NCBI GenBank assembly: GCA_963762145.1 | Contig: CAVXJS010000009.1 | Coordinates: forward strand, 96,001-160,000 | From: an uncultured Candidatus Rokubacteria bacterium | GTDB lineage: Bacteria > Methylomirabilota > Methylomirabilia > Rokubacteriales > CSP1-6 | Direction: 5' to 3' | DNA length: 64,000 bases | Part shown: positions 23,964-34,603 of the stretch, one piece after another | Layout of the letters: each line of letters begins with the position of its first letter | Numbering within the stretch: position 1 is the first letter of the stretch | Translations under genes and position numbers: made by a program | The notes under the pieces: model-generated | What the model saw: only the letters and a program-made list of their open reading frames with translations | Told to the model about the DNA's origin: nothing | Database searches by the model: none

Positions 23964-25486
23964 GCCTGCCCTCCCGCTCCCCCGCGCGCCCGCAGCGCCG
24001 TCCGGGCGATCTCGCGATCGTCGAAGTCGTGCGACTCGGTGCCGATGATCTGGTAGGTCTCGTGCCCCTTCCCCGCGATCACCACCACGTCGCCCGCGCG
24101 TCCCCAGCTCACCGCGGCCTCGATGGCGCGGCGGCGATCGGCGAGGGACTCGTGCCGGCCCGCGGCCTCGGCCGGGATGCCGGTCTCGATCTCGGCCAGG
24201 ATCGCCTCGGGACGCTCGGTGCGGGGATTGTCGGAGGTCACCCAGGCGAAGTCGCCGAGACGCGCCGCGATGCCGCCCATGATCGGCCGCTTGCCCCGGT
24301 CGCGGTCGCCGCCGCAGCCGAAGACCACGCCGAGGCGTCCGCCCGGGCGCAGCAGCTTGCGGGCGGTGGTCAGCACGCGCTCCAGCGCGTCGGGCGTGTG
24401 GGCGTAGTCCACCACCACCAGGAAGGGCTGGCCGGCCTCCACCCGCTCGAATCGGCCGGGCACGGTCGCCACCCGGGACAGCGTCTCGCCGATCCGTCGG
24501 GGCTCCATGTCCAGAGCGAGTCCGACGCCGATGGCCCCCAGCAGATTCATCACGTTGTGCTCGCCCACGAGGGGCGACACGATCTCGATGAGGCCCTTCG
24601 ACGACACGACCTCGAGGCGGATGCCGTCCATGCCGGAGTCCCACCGGCGCGGCCGCAGGTCGGCCTGGCCGTGCAGGCCGAAGGTGATCGCCCGCACCCG
24701 CGCGTCCGCGGCCGCCGCGGCCACCATGGCCGCGCCCGCCGGATCGTCCGTGTTCACCACCGCGGCGCGATAGGGCTTGCGGCTGCCCGCCAGCAGGGTG
24801 AACAGCCGGGCCTTGGCGTCGCGATAGGCCTCGAGGGTCCGGTGGAAGTCGAGATGATCCTGGGTCAGGTTGGTGAAGACGGCCACGTCGAACTCGATCC
24901 CGTCCACGCGGGAGAGCGCGAGGGCGTGCGAGGAGACCTCCATCGCGGCGCCCCCGACGCCGACGCTTACCATTCGCGCCAGCAGCGACTGCAGCTCGAG
25001 GGCCTCGGGCGTGGTCTGGCTGGCCGTCTCCACCTGATCGCCGACGCGATACTCGATCGTGCCGATGACGCCGGTGGGCCGCCCGCCCGCGCCCAGCAGG
25101 GCCTCCACGAGCAGCGATGTCGTGGTCTTGCCGTTCGTGCCGGTGATGGCGACGACGGTGAGTCGCCGCGAGGGATGGTCGTGGTAGGCATCCGCCAGCC
25201 GCGCCAGCGCCTCACGCGACGACGGCACGATGATGCGCGGCGTCGCGCTGCCCGGCAGGGGATCGGCGCCTTCCGCGACGACCACCGCCGCGCCCCGCCC
25301 GACCGCGTCGGCGGCGAAGCGCCGGCCGTCCTGCTTGAAGCCGGAGATGGCCACGAAGAGTCCGCCGGGCGCGACCTTGCGGGAATCGTAGGCGACCCCG
25401 GTCACGCGCCCGGGCAGGGTGCCCAGCACCGTCTTGTCCGGCAAAGCCTCGAGCAGCGTGGGGGTGGGCACGGCGGTCTCGCTCAT
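23951..25486 (-). CDS. murE: UDP-MurNAc-dipeptide--meso-DAP ligase
   Basis: GTNGKTT, MEVSSHAL, DHLDFH, DYAHTPD, the DAP-specific DNPR motif and GKGHE. Confidence 0.98.
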   Translation of the reverse strand: MSETAVPTPTLLEALPDKTVLGTLPGRVTGVAYDSRKVAPGGLFVAISGFKQDGRRFAADAVGRGAAVVVAEGADPLPGSATPRIIVPSSREALARLADAYHDHPSRRLTVVAITGTNGKTTTSLLVEALLGAGGRPTGVIGTIEYRVGDQVETASQTTPEALELQSLLARMVSVGVGGAAMEVSSHALALSRVDGIEFDVAVFTNLTQDHLDFHRTLEAYRDAKARLFTLLAGSRKPYRAAVVNTDDPAGAAMVAAAAADARVRAITFGLHGQADLRPRRWDSGMDGIRLEVVSSKGLIEIVSPLVGEHNVMNLLGAIGVGLALDMEPRRIGETLSRVATVPGRFERVEAGQPFLVVVDYAHTPDALERVLTTARKLLRPGGRLGVVFGCGGDRDRGKRPIMGGIAARLGDFAWVTSDNPRTERPEAILAEIETGIPAEAAGRHESLADRRRAIEAAVSWGRAGDVVVIAGKGHETYQIIGTESHDFDDREIARTALRARGGAGGQAWRG

Positions 25487-25490
25487 GTCC

Positions 25491-27545
25491 TCACGGCCGG
25501 AGGCTCGCCGCCAGCGTGGCGTGGCCGGCGCGGCCGGCCGGCGGCGCGAGCTGGAGCCGGCACATCGCGCCCGAGGCGAGCGGGGCGCCGGGCAGCGGCG
25601 TCTGGCCGGTCACGATGCCGCGGCCCGTGATCTCGAGGCGCACGTCGAAGGGCGCGAGGGCTTCCAGGGCCTGCCGGAGCGAGAGACCGGCGAGGCGCGG
25701 CATCACGGCCTGGGCGTCGCCCACCGGGGCGGGCGGCGCCGGGGCCAGGCCGGCGGCCACCGCGGACGCGGCGGGCTCCACCGCGCCGCCGGCGCGCGGG
25801 CTGGCCGAGGCCCCGGCCACGATCTCGCCGCGCTCGATCGGCACCGGGCTGCTATCTCGCGGGGGCACGTTGAGGTAGCGCAGGGCCTCACGGCCGATCG
25901 TGGCGAACATGGGCGCGGCCGCCTCGCTCCCCCACTTCTCGTTCTTGGGCTCGTCGAGCAGCACGATCATGGTGAGCCGCGGGTCGTCGGCGGGCACGAA
26001 TCCCACGAACGAGAGCACGCCGGGCGCGCGCGAGTAGCGCTTGGTCGCGGGGTCCATCTTCTGGGCGGTGCCGGTCTTGCCCGCCACGTCGTAGCCGGGG
26101 ATCGCGGCGTGACGCCCGGTCCCGTTGGCCACCACGTTCACCATCATCTCGGTCAGCGTGCGCGCGGTCTCGGGGCTGATGACCTGGCGCACCGTCTTGG
26201 GCTCGAAGGAGCGGATCTCACGGCCCTGCGCGTCCACCACCGCGCGGATGATCTGCGGCTGCATGAGCCGGCCGCCGTTGGCCACCGCGGAGAACGCGGC
26301 GATCATCTGCACCGCGGTCACCGAGATCTCCTGGCCGATGGACATGGTGGCGAGCGAGAGGCCGGACCACTGCGCGGGCGGACGGAGCTGGCCGCGGCTC
26401 TCCCCGGGCAGCCCCAGGTTGGTGGGGGCCCCGAACCCGAACGCGGTCATGTACTTGTAGTAGCGCTCCCGCCCGATCTGCATCCCGACCTTGATCGAGC
26501 CCACGTTGGAGGAGTTCTGGAGCACCTCGGTGAAGGTGAGCCAGCCGTACTTCTTCCAGTCGTGGATGGTCGCGTTGGCGATCGTGATCGCCCCGTTCTC
26601 GCCGAAGATGCGGTCGGTGGGACGGACCACGCCCTCTTCGAGCGCGGTGGCGGCCATGATCACCTTGAAGGTCGAGCCGGGCTCGAACGGATCGGTGACC
26701 GCGCGGGCGCGCCGGTCGTCGTCGGTGGCGGTGGTGAAGGCGTTCGGGTTGTAGGTGGGCCGGATCGCCATCGCGAGGATCTCGCCGGTGCGCGGGTCCA
26801 TCGCCACCGCCATCGCCGACTTGGCCCGGGTGCGCCGCCACGCCGCGTCCACTTCCTTCTCGGCCAGGTACTGGATGGTGGCGTCGATCGTGAGCATGAT
26901 CCCCTGCCCCGCCACCGACGGCTTGAGCACGATGGGCGCGCCGGTCACCTCGCGGCCGAGGGCGTCGCGCTCCACCACCGCGCGGCCCTCGACGCCGGCC
27001 AGGTGGCCGTCCCACATCTGCTCCATGCCCGCGAGTCCCTTGCCCTCCGCGCCCTCGAAGCCGACGAGCTGGGCCGCGAGCTCGCGGTTCGGGTACAGGC
27101 GCAGGCTATCCTCCACCAGCGTGAGCGACGGATCCTTCAGGTCCCGCACCGCGCGCGCCATGTCCGGGGTGAGCCGCCGCCGCACCGGCGCGAACTTCTT
27201 CGACACGGTGAGCTTGCGGGCGATGTCGCGCGCGGGCTCGCCCAGGATCGGGGCCAGGCGCGCCGCGAGACGGGCCGCGTCCTCCACCTTTCCCGGCGTG
27301 ACGTAGAGCGCGTCGGCGCGGGAGGAGACCGCGAGCGCCTGGCCGCCACGGTCGAGGATCGGCCCGCGCTTGGGCCTGAGCGGCACGGTCTTGGCGTGCT
27401 GATTCTCGGCGAGCCGGGAATACTCGTCGTGCTTCCAGACCTGCAGGTAGGCGAGACGGCCGAGGAGTCCGAGGAAGGCGAGGGCCAGGCACGCCGCGAA
27501 CACCAGCGTCCGGGTTCTCAGGCCCTCGATGCGGATCTCGGTCAT
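25491..27545 (-). CDS. ftsI: Class B penicillin-binding protein FtsI with a C-terminal PASTA-like domain
   Basis: RGPILDR, EPGSTFK (SxxK), SSN (SxN) and KTGT. Confidence 0.96.
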   Translation of the reverse strand: MTEIRIEGLRTRTLVFAACLALAFLGLLGRLAYLQVWKHDEYSRLAENQHAKTVPLRPKRGPILDRGGQALAVSSRADALYVTPGKVEDAARLAARLAPILGEPARDIARKLTVSKKFAPVRRRLTPDMARAVRDLKDPSLTLVEDSLRLYPNRELAAQLVGFEGAEGKGLAGMEQMWDGHLAGVEGRAVVERDALGREVTGAPIVLKPSVAGQGIMLTIDATIQYLAEKEVDAAWRRTRAKSAMAVAMDPRTGEILAMAIRPTYNPNAFTTATDDDRRARAVTDPFEPGSTFKVIMAATALEEGVVRPTDRIFGENGAITIANATIHDWKKYGWLTFTEVLQNSSNVGSIKVGMQIGRERYYKYMTAFGFGAPTNLGLPGESRGQLRPPAQWSGLSLATMSIGQEISVTAVQMIAAFSAVANGGRLMQPQIIRAVVDAQGREIRSFEPKTVRQVISPETARTLTEMMVNVVANGTGRHAAIPGYDVAGKTGTAQKMDPATKRYSRAPGVLSFVGFVPADDPRLTMIVLLDEPKNEKWGSEAAAPMFATIGREALRYLNVPPRDSSPVPIERGEIVAGASASPRAGGAVEPAASAVAAGLAPAPPAPVGDAQAVMPRLAGLSLRQALEALAPFDVRLEITGRGIVTGQTPLPGAPLASGAMCRLQLAPPAGRAGHATLAASLRP

Positions 27546-27554
27546 GCGGTCCCG

Positions 27555-28016
27555 CTAGCGCACTCCGACGTCACGGGGTACCGGGTGCTCGGCCACCACC
27601 GACGGCCGATCGAGCGCGGTCGCCCCCCGGCCGTCCGGGACGAACTCGCGGGCGAGGCGGACCTGGTCGCGCGCGGGGGCCACCATGCCGAGCTCGGTGC
27701 GGGCCTTGCCCTCGATGCGCGAGAGCGACTTGAGCGTGGCCATCTCCACCCGCAGCCGGCGATTGAGCTCCTCCGCCTCGGCCCGGCTGCCGCGGAGCGC
27801 GTCCAGGCGATACGACAGACGCACCTGCTGCACGCGGAGCCCCACCACGCCCAGGATCAGCACCACCGCCAGGCCCGCGCCCACCACCGCGGTGGCCATC
27901 GAGCGGAGCCGGCGCCGGTCCTTCTGGTGATGCCGCCGCACCGCCTCCGGCTGCCGGGCACGGTGCTCGCGTCCCCACGCGGACTGGGGCACGGCGCGGA
28001 CCACCCGGGCGCTCAT
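27555..28016 (-). CDS. ftsL: Cell division protein FtsL
   Basis: TM helix plus coiled coil, RIEGKARTELGM; lies between rsmH and ftsI. Confidence 0.85.
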   Translation of the reverse strand: MSARVVRAVPQSAWGREHRARQPEAVRRHHQKDRRRLRSMATAVVGAGLAVVLILGVVGLRVQQVRLSYRLDALRGSRAEAEELNRRLRVEMATLKSLSRIEGKARTELGMVAPARDQVRLAREFVPDGRGATALDRPSVVAEHPVPRDVGVR

Positions 28017-29077
28017 GCCGCCTCCCGGCGCGCGAGCACGCGGAGCTTCGCGCTGCGGGCGCGCGGGTTGAGCGCGGTCTCCTCGCGGCCCGCGGTGACC
28101 GGCGAGGGCTCGAGCTCCACGAAGCCCGAATCCTCGAGCGAGCGGAACGCGCGCTTCACCACCCGGTCCTCGCCCGAGTGGAACGAGATGACCCCGAGAC
28201 GGCCCCCGTGCTCCAGGAGCGCGGCGGCCTGCGGCAGCGCCTCGGCCAGCGCGCCGGGCTCGTCGTTGACCGCCATGCGCACCGCCTGGAAGGTGCGGGT
28301 GGCCACGTGGGTGCGCTTGGACCACGCGGCGCGCGGCACCGCGCGCTTCACCACCGAGACCAGATCGGCGGCGGTTCGCAGCGGGCTGCGGCGGCGCTGC
28401 TCCACGAGCACGCGCGCGATGCGCCGGGCGTGCCGCTCCTCGCCATACTCGGCGAGAAGGACCTCGATCTCCTCGGCGGCCAGGCGGCCGAGCAGCGCCG
28501 CGGCGGTGTCGCCCTCTCTCGGATCGAAACGCATGTCGAGCGGCTCCTCCCCCTGGAATGAGAACCCGCGCCCGGACTCGTCCAGCTGATACGACGAGAG
28601 TCCGAGGTCCAGCAGCACCGCGGCGGCACGCTCCACGCCCGCGTCCGTCGCGATCGCGCGAAGGTGACGGAAGCTCCCGCGCACCAGCACCACGCGGGCG
28701 CCGAAGCGCTCCAGGCGGCGCGCCGCGCGCGCGAGGGCTTCGGGATCGCGATCGATGCCGAGCAGGCGGCTCGTGCCACCCGTCGTGTCCAGCAGCTGCT
28801 CCGCGTGTCCACCCATGCCGATTGTCCCGTCCACCACCCAGCCCCCGCGACGGGGGCGCAAGAGGAACGTCACTTCGTCGAGCAGGACCGGGATGTGAAC
28901 CGTTGGCTCGTCCGATGCGTGCTCGGGCTCTATCGCGTTGCCACCGGAAGCTTCTCTTTTGAGTGCGCTCGGCTCGCCTTCGGCTGCGCCTCGCCCTGCT
29001 ACTGCGCTCGAGTCAGGCCGTTTTGCGTGGAGGTGCTGTTTGCCGCTCTCGTGCCGTTGGCGTTGCTTCTTGCGCAT
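28013..29077 (-). CDS. rsmH: 16S rRNA m4C1402 methyltransferase (conserved part begins ~28900)
   Basis: HIPVLLDE, DGTIGMGGH, DLGLSSYQLD, ISFHSGEDR and NPRARSAKLR. Confidence 0.97.
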   Translation of the reverse strand: MRKKQRQRHESGKQHLHAKRPDSSAVAGRGAAEGEPSALKREASGGNAIEPEHASDEPTVHIPVLLDEVTFLLRPRRGGWVVDGTIGMGGHAEQLLDTTGGTSRLLGIDRDPEALARAARRLERFGARVVLVRGSFRHLRAIATDAGVERAAAVLLDLGLSSYQLDESGRGFSFQGEEPLDMRFDPREGDTAAALLGRLAAEEIEVLLAEYGEERHARRIARVLVEQRRRSPLRTAADLVSVVKRAVPRAAWSKRTHVATRTFQAVRMAVNDEPGALAEALPQAAALLEHGGRLGVISFHSGEDRVVKRAFRSLEDSGFVELEPSPVTAGREETALNPRARSAKLRVLARREAA

Positions 29078-29081
29078 TTTT

Positions 29082-29534
29082 CTAGACGCCCTTCTGGGCG
29101 AGGCGCTCGCGCAGGTCGTCGAGCGGGCCCGCGTTCTCGCGCTGATAGTGCGACCAGCGGTCTTCGTCCCAGATCTCGAAGTGATCCATCATGCCGATGA
29201 TCACCACGTTCTTGGCAAGGGCGCCGCGCTCACGATAGTCCTGCAGGATCTGGATGCGGCCGTGCGGATCGAGCACGACGTCGAGACCCGCGGAGAGGTA
29301 CACGTGCTGGAAGCGACGACGATCCGGATCGAGCTTGGCCAGCGTGCTCACCTTGTCCTCGAGCTCGCGCCATTTGTCCTCCGGGTACACGTCGAGCGAC
29401 GTGCCGTTGGGCGCCATCACCAGGCGGTCGCTGCCGCCCTCCCGCAGCACGTCCCGGAACTTCGCCGGGATGCTGAGGCGTCCCTTCGGGTCGATCGTGT
29501 GCCTGAAATGGCCCCGAAACACTGTCTCCCCCAC
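29082..29534 (-). CDS. mraZ: dcw transcriptional repressor MraZ
   Basis: FRGHFRHTIDPKGRLSIPAKFR, DPHGRI and HFEIWD. Confidence 0.96.
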   Translation of the reverse strand: MGETVFRGHFRHTIDPKGRLSIPAKFRDVLREGGSDRLVMAPNGTSLDVYPEDKWRELEDKVSTLAKLDPDRRRFQHVYLSAGLDVVLDPHGRIQILQDYRERGALAKNVVIIGMMDHFEIWDEDRWSHYQRENAGPLDDLRERLAQKGV

Positions 29535-29615
29535 CGGGGCCTAGCCGCCCCCGGAACCCCTCGGAAATGACTTCTTAATGACACTTCATGGGATTTCATC
29601 CCACTGCCGGGGACC

Positions 29616-29644
29616 ATCCTAGAAGGGGTCGCTAGGGGTGTCAA
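29616..29644 (-). promoter_or_regulatory. Sigma70-type promoter of the mraZ/dcw operon
   Basis: Minus strand TTGACA-N17-TAGGAT, followed by a GTGGGGA-containing AT-richer tract that may hold MraZ boxes. Confidence 0.75.
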
Positions 29645-29757
29645 GGGAAAACTCCAAGATTTTCAATGCCATTGAGACCCACCCCCTGGCCCATGGGTTG
29701 GGGGTGGCCGAGCCGGGTCTACTTCAGGTAGATGGCCCGGGGGGAGGACGCCGGGCC

Positions 29758-30544
29758 CTAGCGGGCCGGGCGGTAGTACGTGAGGGCCTCGGGCAGCCAC
29801 CCCTCGATCTGCTGGATCCGGGTGGCCTCCGAGGGGTGGGTCGAGAGGAACTCGGGGGGGCGCTGGCCCTTGGCGGCCTCCGCCATGCGCTTCCACAGCT
29901 CGAGCGAGGCGCGCGGATCGTAGCCGGCCTTGGCCATCAGGATGAGGCCCACGTGGTCCGCCTCCGACTCCTGCGCGCGGCCAAAGGGCATCAGCACGCC
30001 GACCGAGGCGCCGGCGCCCAGGGCCGCGGTCACGAGCTGCACGGTCGCCGGATTGCTGCTCGCCATCCCCGCCAGCACCTGCGTCATCGTCTGCACGCCC
30101 ATCTGCTGGCTGACCCGCTCGCCGCCGTGACGCGCGAGCACGTGAGCGATCTCGTGGCCCAGCACCGCGGCCAGACCCGCCTCGTCGCGCGTGATCGTCA
30201 GCATGCCGGTGTAGACCGCCACCTTGCCGCCGGGCAGCGCAAAGGCGTTGGCCTGCTTGTCGTCCTGGATGACGCGGAACTCCCACTGGTAGTTCAGATC
30301 GGTCACCGCGGCGATCCGGCTGCCCACCCGCTGCACCAGGGCATTCGCCTGCGCATCGGTGGACAGGGTCGCCTTGCCGACGATCTCCTTGAAGGACTGC
30401 GCGCCCATCTGCGCTTCCTCGCTCGGCGAGACGAGCTGGAGCTGGTGCCGGCCCGTGTAGGGCACGGTATCGCAGCCGATGGAGACCGCGAGGACGACGC
30501 AGGACGAGACGGGCGACGGTGAGTCGGCGACGCACGACGGTCAT
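29758..30544 (-). CDS. M48 (Oma1-like) zinc metallopeptidase, probable lipoprotein (indel near the N-terminus)
   Basis: NAFALPGG, HEIAH, QESEAD and FLSTHP. Confidence 0.92.
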
Positions 30545-30545
30545 T

Positions 30546-31091
30546 CTACCAGAGACGATTGCGGAGGGTGGCCTGGGTCTCCATCAGCACGCCTGTTCCC
30601 GCGCTGCCGACCTCGAGCCGCGCCCGCACCGCGATCACCGCCGCGGGATCAGTGGTCTCCACGCCCTCGCGATCGAGATAGACCAGCTGGAACGCGCGCA
30701 CGCCGTTGATGACCGGCTGCGCCCCGCCTCCGGCATCGCGGCGCAGGATGGACTCCCCCGCCCGCAGCAGGTAGGTCACGCGCTCCCGGGTCGGATCGAT
30801 GACCCCGTTGCCGTTCAGGTCCCGCTGGAATTCGACGCGGGCCGGCTCGGCCACCACGACGGGGGCGATGCCGGCCGCGGTGGGATCGTACCCCGCCTCG
30901 CGCAGCTCGCTCGCCATGCGCTCGAGCGCGTAGCGGGTCGACTGCTGCGCCTCGACGCGCGCAGCGCCCCACACCCACGCGTGGAGCCCGAGGTGCAGTA
31001 GCGTGGCGCTGGCGGCCAGCATGCCGCCGCCGATCGCCATGGCCACCAGCATGTCGACCAGTGAGTACCCGCGACTGCGCCGTGCCCGCAC
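30546..31091 (-). CDS. Prepilin-type N-terminal cleavage domain protein (PilW/GspJ-like)
   Basis: RG|YSLVDMLVAMAI plus a hydrophobic helix; ALERMASELREAG; DLNGNG. Confidence 0.75.
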   Translation of the reverse strand: MRARRSRGYSLVDMLVAMAIGGGMLAASATLLHLGLHAWVWGAARVEAQQSTRYALERMASELREAGYDPTAAGIAPVVVAEPARVEFQRDLNGNGVIDPTRERVTYLLRAGESILRRDAGGGAQPVINGVRAFQLVYLDREGVETTDPAAVIAVRARLEVGSAGTGVLMETQATLRNRLW

Positions 31092-31167
31092 GCCCGCCAG
31101 CCTCGCGCCCAGGCCCGGATCCGCACAATGCCGACCTTTCTGGACGCCTCGGCGTGGATACGCTCGC

Positions 31168-31278
31168 TTCGAGCGCGGGCTCCGCCCGCGCAATCCTGCC
31201 TTTCGGGGGAGGCAGGGAGGAGTGCGCCGTCAGGCGCGCGACGACCGTCGGAAGGGGGCGAAGCCCCCTCCGAGCTAC
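31168..31278. repeat. ~110-bp three-hairpin interspersed repeat, copy 2
   Basis: Closely similar to 9745-9853; ends in CTAC, overlapping the amidase stop codon. Confidence 0.85.
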
Positions 31279-32693
31279 ATCGGCCGCAGATGCGCCCAGG
31301 GCGCGATCTTCTCGAACGCGGCCGAGGCCCGCAGCACGGTGGCGTCCTCGAAGCGCCGGCCCAGGATCTGCAGCCCGATGGGCAGCTTGTCGCTCGTGAA
31401 CCCGCAGGGCACCGACGCGCCCGGGATGGCCGGTCATGTTGAACGGGTACGTGAACGGGATCCAGTCGTAGATCCCGGTGGCGGTGCCCGCGATCTCGCC
31501 GGGGCCGTCGAGGCCGACCTTGAAGGCCGCGCACGCGATGGTCGGCGTCAGCAGCAGGTCGTAGCGCTCGAAGAGCCGGCGCGGGTGCTCCTCCCAGGCG
31601 AGGCGGTCGAACCAGGCCTGGACGAACTGGGTGGGGCTCCAGCTCTGGGTCTCGTCGGCGATCGCGACCAGGCCCGCGATCGATGTCGTCGCGTCGATCG
31701 CGCAGCGCGGGACCGAGGCGGGCGGCGATGCCGCCCAGGAACATGGTCCGCCACGCCGCCTGCGGGCTCGGCCACCGGGGCGAGACCTCCTCCACGCGGC
31801 AGCCCAGCTCGCGGAACCGCCGCGCCGCGCGCTCGCAGGCCGCCTTCACCTCGGGATCTACGACCTTGGCGAAGCCGAGATCGGCGGTCCACGCCACGCG
31901 CAGCCCCTTCACGCCGCCCTTGAGCGCCTTGACGTAGTCCACGCGCGGGCCCGGCAGCGAGAAGGGATCGCGCGCGTCGGGCCCCGCGCACGCGTTCAGC
32001 ATCAGCGCGGCGTCCGCCACCGTGCGGGTCATGGGCCCGATGTGCGAGAGCCCCCACGCGGCGCTGAACGGATAGATCGGCACGAGGCCGAACGTGGGCT
32101 TGATGCCGTAGATGCCGGCCAGCGAGGCCGGGATGCGGATCGAGCCGCCGCCGTCGGTGCCGATGGCGAGCGGGCCCATGCCCGGCGGCCACCGCCGCGC
32201 TGGCGCCGCCGCTCGAGCCGCCCGGCGTGCGATCGAGGTTCCACGGATTGCGCGTGGCGCCGAAGAGCAGGTTGTGCGTCGCCCCGATCCAGCCCAACAT
32301 CGGCGTGTTGGTCTTGCCGAGCTGGATCGCGCCCGCGGCCTGCATGCGCTCCACCATCGGCGCGTCCTCGGCGGGCACGTTGTCGGCGAAGAGCCGCGTG
32401 CCGAACGTGGTGCGGATGCCCCGGGTGATCACGAGGTCCTTGGTGGAGAACGGCACGCCGTGGAGCGGCCCGAGCTTGGCGCCCTTCTTCATCACCGCGC
32501 GCTCCGCCGCGCGCGCGTCCTTGAGCGCCTGGTCCGCGGTCAGCGTGACGAAGGCGTTGAGCGCGCGGGTTCAGCCGCTCGATGCGGGCGAGCACCGCCT
32601 TCATCACCTCGACCGGGGAGAGCTTCGCGGCGCTTGATGGCGGGGCCATCTCGGACGCGGGCATCCAGCAGAGGTCGTCGGCACGTCGCTCAT
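31275..32693 (-). CDS. Amidase signature family enzyme (frameshifted)
   Basis: LHGVPFSTKD, GKTNTP, TPGGSSGGA, GTDGGGSIRIPA and LPIGLQI. Confidence 0.92.
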
Positions 32694-32725
32694 CGCGAGT
32701 GTTCCCTCGACGCTGCCTTCCGGAT

Positions 32726-33631
32726 CTAGCCGCCGCGGAGGCGCGGATCGAGCGTGTCGCGGAGCGCGTCGCCGAGCAGGTTGGAGCCGAAGACGGCGAG
32801 GCTGATGGCCAGCCCCGGGAACAGCACGAGCCACGGCGCCTTCTGCGCGTACTCCGCCGCGGAGACCGAGAGCATCCGGCCCCACGAGGGATACGGCTCG
32901 GGCACGCCGAGGCCCAGGAACGACAGCGCGGCCTCCACCAGGATCGCGCTGCCGAGCTGCGCGGTGCACAGCACGATGAACGGGCCCATGGTGTTGGGCA
33001 GGACGTGGCGGAACGCGATGCGCAGGTGCCGGAGGCCGACCGCGCGGGCCGCCTCCACGTACTGCATCTCGCGGATCGACAGCACGCTCGCGCGGATGAC
33101 CCGCGCCGCCCGCGGGATGATCGGGATCGAGATGGCGATGATCACGTTCGGGATCGACGGTCCGAGCGCCGCCGACATCACCAGGGCCAGCACGAGCAGC
33201 GGCAGCCCCTGCAGGATGTCCATCACCCGCTGGGTGATGAGATCGGTCTTGCCGCCGATGTAGCCGGACAGGAGCCCGATGATCCCGCCGAGCACCGAGC
33301 CGAGGAGCGTGGAGGCCAGAGCCCGACGATGAGCGAGACCCGCGCGCCGTGGACGATGCGCGAGTAGATGTCGCGCCCGAGGTGATCGGAGCCCAGCCAG
33401 TGGTCGGCCCCCGGCCGGGCCAGGGTCTGCGCCGCGTCGGTCGCGATCGGGTCGTGGGTCGCGAGCTGGTTGGCGAAGACCGCGGTCAGCGAACATCACC
33501 ACCATGAGCACGCCGCCGACCGCGCCCAGCGGCTTCTTGCGGCAGAAGCGGCCGAGCACGGTCCACGCCCCCGGCCGGCGCAGGCCGATGCTGACCTGCG
33601 GCACCTCGACCCCGAGCGGCCTAGTGGCCAT
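32726..33631 (-). CDS. Peptide/nickel ABC permease (DppC-like), frameshifted
   Basis: LGSDHLGRD, YVEAARAVG, EAALSFLGLG and LGDALRDTLDPR. Confidence 0.9.
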   Translation of the reverse strand: MATRPLGVEVPQVSIGLRRPGAWTVLGRFCRKKPLGAVGGVLMVVMFADRGLRQPARDPRPDRDRRGADPGPAGGRPLAGLRSPRARHLLAHRPRRAGLAHRRALASTLLGSVLGGIIGLLSGYIGGKTDLITQRVMDILQGLPLLVLALVMSAALGPSIPNVIIAISIPIIPRAARVIRASVLSIREMQYVEAARAVGLRHLRIAFRHVLPNTMGPFIVLCTAQLGSAILVEAALSFLGLGVPEPYPSWGRMLSVSAAEYAQKAPWLVLFPGLAISLAVFGSNLLGDALRDTLDPRLRGG

Positions 33632-34577
33632 AGCGGACGCGCGGGTCGAGGACGCCGTAGAGCATGTCCACGACCAGGTTGGAGACGATGACCACGATGG
33701 CGATGAACATGACGAGGTTCTGCACGATCGGGTAGTCCCGCCAGAGGATCGCCTCCACCAGGAAGCGCGCGAGCCCGGGCAGGTTGAAGACAGTCTCGGT
33801 CACCACGAGCCCGCCGATGAGGAACGCGAACTCGATGCCGATGACGGTGACCACGGGCAGGATCGCGTTCTTCAGCGCGTGGCGCCAGATCACGACGCTG
33901 CCGGACTGGCCCTTGGCCCGCGCGGTGCGGATGTAGTCCTCGCGCATCACCTCGAGCAGCGACGAGCGCGTGATGCGCATGATCAGCGCCGACGAGCGGT
34001 AGCCGACCGCGAGCGACGGGCAGCGCGAACTGCACCGCGTGGAGCCAGAAGTTCTCGGACGGCGACACGTAGGTCACCGGCGGGATCCAGCCGATCCACG
34101 CGACCAGCCCCAGGATGATGACCATGCCGAGCCAGAACGACGGCATGCTGAGGCCGGCGAGGCTGAACACGCGCAGCGCGTAGTCGAGCGGGGTGTCCTG
34201 GCGGACCGCGCTGATCACGCCGAGCGGGACGCCGAGCACCACCGACACGATCAGCGACAGCATCGCCAGCTCGAGGGTGACCGGGATGAGCGGGCGGATG
34301 ATCTCCCACGCGGGCAGATCGTAGCGGTACGACTTGCCGAGATCGCCGGTCATGATCTGGCGCATCCACTCGACGTACTGCACCCACACCGGCCGGTCGA
34401 GTCCCGAGCTCCTTCACGATCGCCAGCCGCTCCACCGGGTTCACGTAGCCCGCCGGTGGAGAAGAGAATGTCGACGATGTCGCCCGGGGCCAGGCGCAGC
34501 ATGCCGAAGATCACGATCGACATGCCGAGCAGGGTCAGGAGGCCGATGCCCAGCCGCTGGGCGATGTACGTCTTCAC
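33621..34577 (-). CDS. Peptide/nickel ABC permease (DppB-like), frameshifted
   Basis: GDLGKS, SMPSFW, EDYIRTARAKG, HALKNA and LDPRVRY. Confidence 0.9.
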
Positions 34578-34603
34578 CGTCGAGCCCGGGGCGCGCGGGT
34601 CGC

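Noticed and set aside
12110-28589. Long plus-strand ORFs (e.g. 810 aa, 1056 aa) opposite the dcw genes
   Set aside because: Antisense shadow ORFs expected at this GC content; they carry no recognisable motifs.
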